DNA from: the human T2T-CHM13v2.0 reference genome, Homo sapiens | Strand: one strand, 5' to 3' | NCBI RefSeq assembly: GCF_009914755.1 | Contig: NC_060927.1 | DNA: 64,000 nucleotides | In this document: positions 55,307 to 64,000 of the stretch, piece after piece | Numbering within the stretch: the first letter of the stretch is position 1 | Layout of the letters: each line of letters begins with the position of its first letter | Made by a program: the position numbers and the translations under genes | Notes under the pieces: generated by a model | Database searches by the model: none | What the model saw: the letters and a program-made list of their open reading frames with translations, nothing else | Told to the model about the DNA's origin: nothing

Positions 55307-56368
55307 TTATTTCTCAACATACGATTTGTCAAGTTCAAGATGATAAGCAATGATACCAGCCATTTAGTTCATCCTTAAAGAACCGAGGGTCCTGGGAATT
55401 CATGTCAATGCAGTCTTTTTTACAGTAATAATGTAATGTTAATAACAGAAGAAAAATGCATGCCTTTTAAAGAATTGTTAAGATTAGGAAACAAAAATAA
55501 GTCAGAAGGAGCCAAATTAGGAGTATGAGGTGGATGCCTAACGGTTTTCCATCAAAATCCTAACAAAATTGCCTTTGTTTGATGAGAGGAATGAGCAGGA
55601 GCATTATATTGGAGAAGGACTCTCTAGTGAAGCTTTATTGAACATTTTCCTGCTAAAGCTTTTACTAACTTTCTCAAAAATACTTTCATAATAAGCAGAT
55701 GTTATCATTCATTGTCCCTCCAGAAAGTCAAGCAAAATCTCTTGAACATCCCAAAAGACTGTTGCCAAGACCTTTGTTCTTGACTGATTTGCTTTTGCTT
55801 TGGCTGGACCCTTCCACCTGTTGGTAGCCATTGCTTTGATTGTGCTTTGTCTTCAGGATCATAATAGTAAGGCCATGTTTCATCTGTTAGAATTCTTTGA
55901 AGAAGTGTACGAGTGTTTTAGGGTCTTGACCCTACTTGTTTAAAATTTCTATTGACAGCCTTTCTCTTGCCTGAAACTGATCTGGGCCCAATGGTTTGGG
56001 CACCCATTGAGTTGAAAGTTTGCTCAACTTTAATTTTTCAGTCAGAATTATGTAAGCTTAACCAATTGAGATGTCTGTGGTGTTGGCTCTTGTTTGTGCG
56101 GTTAATCGTCAGTCTTCTTCAATTAGGATACAAACAAGATATTTTCCTCACAAATTGATGTGGATGGTCTGCCACTGTGGGCTTTATGTTTGACATCGTC
56201 TTGTCCCTTCTTCAAATGAGTTATCCATTTGTAAACTGCTTATTTTGGGGGGCAGGGGGCATTGTCCCCATAAACTATTCATAAAGCATCAATGATTTCA
56301 CCATTCTTCCACCCAAGCTTCACCATAAACTTGAGGTTTGTTCTTGCCTCAATTTTAACAGAATTCAT
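55307..56368 (-). pseudogene. Inactivated Hsmar2 transposase ORF
   Basis: Starts MNSVKIEARTNLKFMVKLGWKNGEIIDAL then TGA at codon 30; RHPPHTPNLAPSD (cf. mariner YSPDLAP motif) near 55501-55540; ends YVEK-TAA at 55307. Confidence 0.88.
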
Positions 56369-56494
56369 GTTGTTCTGATACGGGCTCTTTTCAAACTGAC
56401 GTCTTATCCTTCTTAGTGCTGCAAACTGTATCCTGTTCAGATACATTATAACAAGTTAATATAAGTTTATGTTGGTGAAAAAAATTGAAATCCA

Positions 56495-56785
56495 GCGAGA
56501 CACAGTGGCTCATGGCTGTAATCCCAGCACTTTGGGAGGCCAAGACAGGTGGATCACTTGAGCCCAGGAATTTGAGACCAGCCTGGCCAATGTGGCCAAA
56601 GCCTGTTTCTACTAAAAATACAAAAATTAGCCAGATGTGGTGGTGCGTGCCTGTAATACCAATAATTTGGGTGGCTGAGGCACAAGAATCACTTCAGCCT
56701 GGGAGGCAGAAGTTGCAGTGAGCCAAGATGGCACTCCAGCCTGGACAATGGAGCAAGACTCTGTCTCAAAAAGAAAAAAAAGGAA
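56495..56785 (+). mobile_element. AluS inside Hsmar2
   Basis: TSD aaaattRaaatcca. Confidence 0.92.
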
Positions 56786-56893
56786 AAATTAAAATCCATG
56801 CATATTTTTTCATAATATGCATTTTCCATGAACTTTTTGAAGATGCCTTGTACATTTTCATAGCTGCTGAAAAAAATAGGAAAAAAAAGTCTA

Positions 56894-57238
<345 letters not shown>

Positions 57239-57980
57239 TCACATTCTAATATTTTTAAAATCTTCATTATAAGGCTATTCCTGCTTATAATGAAATATTT
57301 ACATATTAGGGAAATTCTTAACACCAAAAAAAACCGTATCATCGAAGCCAATGGGGCCAGGAACTTAATTGTTGCCAGTAATCAATTTTTCTCTCTTGTT
57401 TTCCACGTCTCTTTCTTTTTCTCTATTACTACAGCCAGTAGCTCCACTGACACATTTTAAGTACTCTGCAGTGATAAAAAGAAAAGAGTCAATATTCCTG
57501 AGACATCTGAAGTAATGACTAATTGGCTGGACTAGACTCACGTGCTCATGCCTCAGCCAATCACTACTGCAAGGTCTTGGGGCTGATGACAATCTCCATT
57601 CAGAATTCATGTCCAAAATGATAGAAGGAAAGATGTTATACAGATGTGACCGCCAGGGTATTTGCTGTGAGCTAGGCAGCCACACCACGTTTTATTTACT
57701 GTTCTACTACTATTTTTACTGTTGGGCACTTGCACAGCACCTTATATGCTTGCTTCATTTAAATTTTTTATTAACCTTTTTATGTTGGGAACTGGAGCCC
57801 AAAGAAGTTGTGTGTTCCCAAAGTTACCCAACTAATCAATGGCAGAGCCTGGATGCATAAGGACCTTGAAAGCCAGAAGAGCAGCTTATGTGGTAGGAAA
57901 TAGATAAATATTTAAGGCTTTTTAGCCAGATAATCCCTATCTTATGAAAATGCATATAACAGACTAACAAAGCAGCAAAA

Positions 57981-58290
57981 GGGCGAAGCACAGTGGCTCA
58001 CACCTGTAATCCCAGCACTTTGGGAGGCCAAGGAAGGAGGACTGCTTAAAGTGAGGAGTTCAAGACCAGCCTGAGCAGCGTAGCAAGACCTCATCTCTAC
58101 TAAGAATAAAAGTTACCTGGGCATGGTGGCATATATCCATAATCCTAGCTGCTTGGGAGGCTGAAGTGGGAGGATCCCTTGAGCCCAGAACTTCAAGGCT
58201 GAGCAGTGAGCTCTGATTATGCCAGTGCATTCCAGCCAGGATGACAGAGCAAGACTGCATCTCAAAAAAAAAGAAAGAAAGAAAAAGAAA
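57981..58290 (+). mobile_element. AluJ
   Basis: Diverged Alu dimer. Confidence 0.9.
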
Positions 58291-58294
58291 AGGC

Positions 58295-60100
58295 AGGAAA
58301 GGTAAGTTCAGAGACCCAGAGGCTGGAAGTAGAAGGTCCAACATATATTTAAAAGAGTTTCAGGAGGAGAGAAGGAAGGAGAGGTGATCTCCAGAGATGA
58401 TGTCTGAGAAATTTTCAGACTTGAAAAATGTGAGTTGTCAGATCAAAGGAGTACATTGTCTCAAGCAGAATAAATTTTAGAAATTGAGACCTGTACATAG
58501 TAATGAAATTAAAGAATACCAAACATAACAAAATTATGTTAAAAGTTACCACTGAGAAAAGTCAAATTACCCTAAGAGAAATGACTATCATCCTGTCAGC
58601 AGATTTATCACCAACAGTTGTGACAGAAGATGATGGAAAATATTTTCAAAGTATTAGGAGACCAAAACTGAGAAACTAGAATTCTATACCTAGCTAAACC
58701 ATCTTTCAAGAGAAAGGACAAAATAAACACATTTTCAAAATTTAGGATGCACACATACTCATTCAAAGAAGTCCTAGGAAATATACTCCAACAAGAAAAA
58801 AGCTGAAACCTGAAGAAAAAAATAAACAAATTAGCAAGTATCTTGGTTAATATGAATCAGTAGTATGTTTTTAAGTGCTAGTATTTTAGAATTTTAAAAC
58901 CAGGTGAAATTAAAATATCTATTAAAATATGGTAGATGATGGTAGGAGGGAGTTCTGAGCTAAAATATTCTGGAGTTATTTTATTCAAAGGCAATGAAAT
59001 ATTCCTTCACCTTAGACTTTGACAAGTTATACTGGTTAAAGTTCTTTGTTGTAAACAACAGAATCCATGCAGGAATTTTAAAAATTTATAACAAAATTAT
59101 TGAGAGAGCTGGAAAAACAATCCTGGGCTAAACTTCTAGAAAAATGCCCAAAACCATGGCAGAACTAACTGGCATGCTGTTCCCATCAAGCTCCAAATAT
59201 CAGGAGCTCGACTTTTCTTCATTTGCTCCTGCTCCCAGGATCAGTGTCAATTCTGTGTCTGGAACTTGATCTTGTAGCCAGAAGAGTAGTAGCTGTCTGC
59301 AGAGCTTGTATCCTCACATTCCTTACATTTCCATGGGTACATCTAGTAAGTAGAGCCAATGTCACAGGCCTGCATTCTAACCGCAAGAGAGGCAGGAAAT
59401 TTGAGTTCGCAATTCTATCCTGGGTAGGTAGGACCTATAATCAGAAAAGTATCCCAAATATAGAAAGGTTATTTAAAAGATTATGGCAACCATGACTATA
59501 ACACAATCCATTACTGATACACATGTTAAACATTTAAAGGTATTCACCAAAATAAAAGAACTAGTATGTGGAACTTCCAAACCTATAGAGAAAAAAAAAA
59601 TGGCCTAGACAAAACTTAGTTAATGAAATAGTAGGCAAAAGAGATAAAGAGAGGCAAATTAACGGTATGATAAATGGGAAACTCAAATGAGATTGTACAA
59701 AGAAGTCCAAGGATATTGTTAATCACAATAAATATAAATGGATTTGATCTGTCTATAAAAAAACAACAAACACATTCAGACTGAGTTTTTTTAAAAACCA
59801 GCTATTTGCAAGATATATGGTTAAAACATATTGCAAAAGTTTAGGGAAAGGATTTAAAAAGAACTGTATACCAAGAAAATATTAATCAAAATATTATTCA
59901 TCTAATAACATATCAGGCATAAGAATTTAAGGAAAGAAGGATTGATAGGAATTAACAAGTAATGTGTAGTCATCATAAAAGGAACTGTCCACCAAAAAGA
60001 TAAACAGCCACCATGTAGTCATGAACTTGTGTGCATTTAACCACATTAAGCAAAATTTGCTGAAACTACATAGAGTAATTGGCAAATGCCCCATTAAAAA
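58295..60100 (+). mobile_element. Old L1M ORF1/ORF2 remnants with an MLT1-like insert (~59030-59495)
   Basis: actagaattctatacctagctaaaccatc (ORF1 end); aatcacaataaatataaatgga (ORF2 start). Confidence 0.65.
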
Positions 60101-60103
60101 CAG

Positions 60104-60332
60104 ACCAGGCGCGGTGGCTTATGCCTGTAATCCTAGCACTTTGGGAAGCCAAGGCTAGCAGATCACTTGAGGTCAGGAGTTCAAGACCAGCCTGACTGAC
60201 ATGGCAAAACCCCATCTCTACTAAAAGTATAAAAATTAGCTGGGTGTAGTGGCACATGCCTGTAATCCCAGCTGGAGGCTGAGGAAGAAGGATCACTTGA
60301 ACCCAGGAGGTGGAGGTTGCAGTGAGCCGCGA
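60104..60332 (+). mobile_element. AluS, 3'-deleted
   Basis: Alu consensus ends at gcagtgagccgcgag with no tail. Confidence 0.9.
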
Positions 60333-61049
60333 GAGAAACAGACAAAAGGGTTGAATGCCATAAAATCAATAAGCTTGATATTATGTGAGAATATATGCAC
60401 ACACACATATATAATCAATAGTTCACACCGCTCCCCCAAGACACGAAGTCCAGCCATTTTAGAGGTGAATTTTACCAAACATGACCTTTCTTCGTTTTGT
60501 TTCATAAATAGAGGCTAACATCAAGTGTATTAACACCGAGATTCCTGATGCAGCAAATGCTTCTCAGATACCTTTTATTTCAGCCCAACCCTCTGACATC
60601 CAAGTACAGTTATTTTAAAAATAGGGCCATTCAGAACCATTTCATTTATTCAAAAGCTTTTTCAAGAGGATCTCTGCTTAACTACTACAAGTATCTCTCT
60701 GCTGCTGACATCCTTTCTGTGGTTGAAGTAGATGAAAAATATAAATAATAGACTACATAAGAAAAATATGCAACAGTTGTATACATAGTATAATATAAAC
60801 TCTGTAAAAAATAAACAGAAATAAGCAAACATCTATGAATAGAAAAAAACTAAAGACCAGAAGACAGTATACCATAGTATTAAATGAAATTATGTTTGAA
60901 TGACAGAAGTATGAGTCATTTCTTCATTTATCTGTATTTTGCATGTTTTCTTTAGTGAGAAATCATTAGTCTCCAAATATGTTGGCATTTTATATAAACT
61001 TAAATTTTAATAATTATATTGCCACATTGGAATAAAAAAAGACATGACA

Positions 61050-64000
<2,951 letters not shown>

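Larger units (their letters stand above)
55248..56850 (-). mobile_element. Hsmar2 mariner transposon, near full length, with Alu insertion
   Basis: TA-flanked TIRs (cagggtacttcaaatgtttgtgggaaat / cattttccatgaactttttgaagatgccttg); transposase remnant inside. Confidence 0.9.

Overview
Primate (almost certainly human) genomic DNA: AT-rich, dense in Alu, L1, LTR and DNA-transposon relics, with one CpG island at ~52.1-53.65 kb. The island holds the promoter and first coding exon of a minus-strand gene. Its ATG at 52572 encodes MAFLKLRDQ followed by a CAG|GTAGGT donor, which I recognise as the N-terminus of ANKRD28 (PP6 regulatory ankyrin-repeat subunit A). Positions 1-52545 are therefore the 5' part of the very long first intron (the next constitutive exon is outside the window), and ~53.1-64 kb is upstream DNA, including a near full-length dead Hsmar2 mariner. 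Almost all ORFs in the supplied track are Alu/L1 or GC-rich artefacts. The most interesting non-repeat signal is a candidate translational/splicing switch. A (CGG)10 tract in the 5' leader has all three frames open: polyAla in frame with ANKRD28, polyGly overlapping the start, and polyArg. A well-formed 70-nt cassette exon at 7422-7491 would (i) turn the normal start into a short uORF, (ii) supply a new strong-Kozak AUG and (iii) splice the polyArg leader frame in frame onto the downstream coding exons. This is inference from sequence only. Repeat subfamily names and old-element boundaries were called by eye and are approximate. I found no prokaryotic-type system, CRISPR array or RNA gene.
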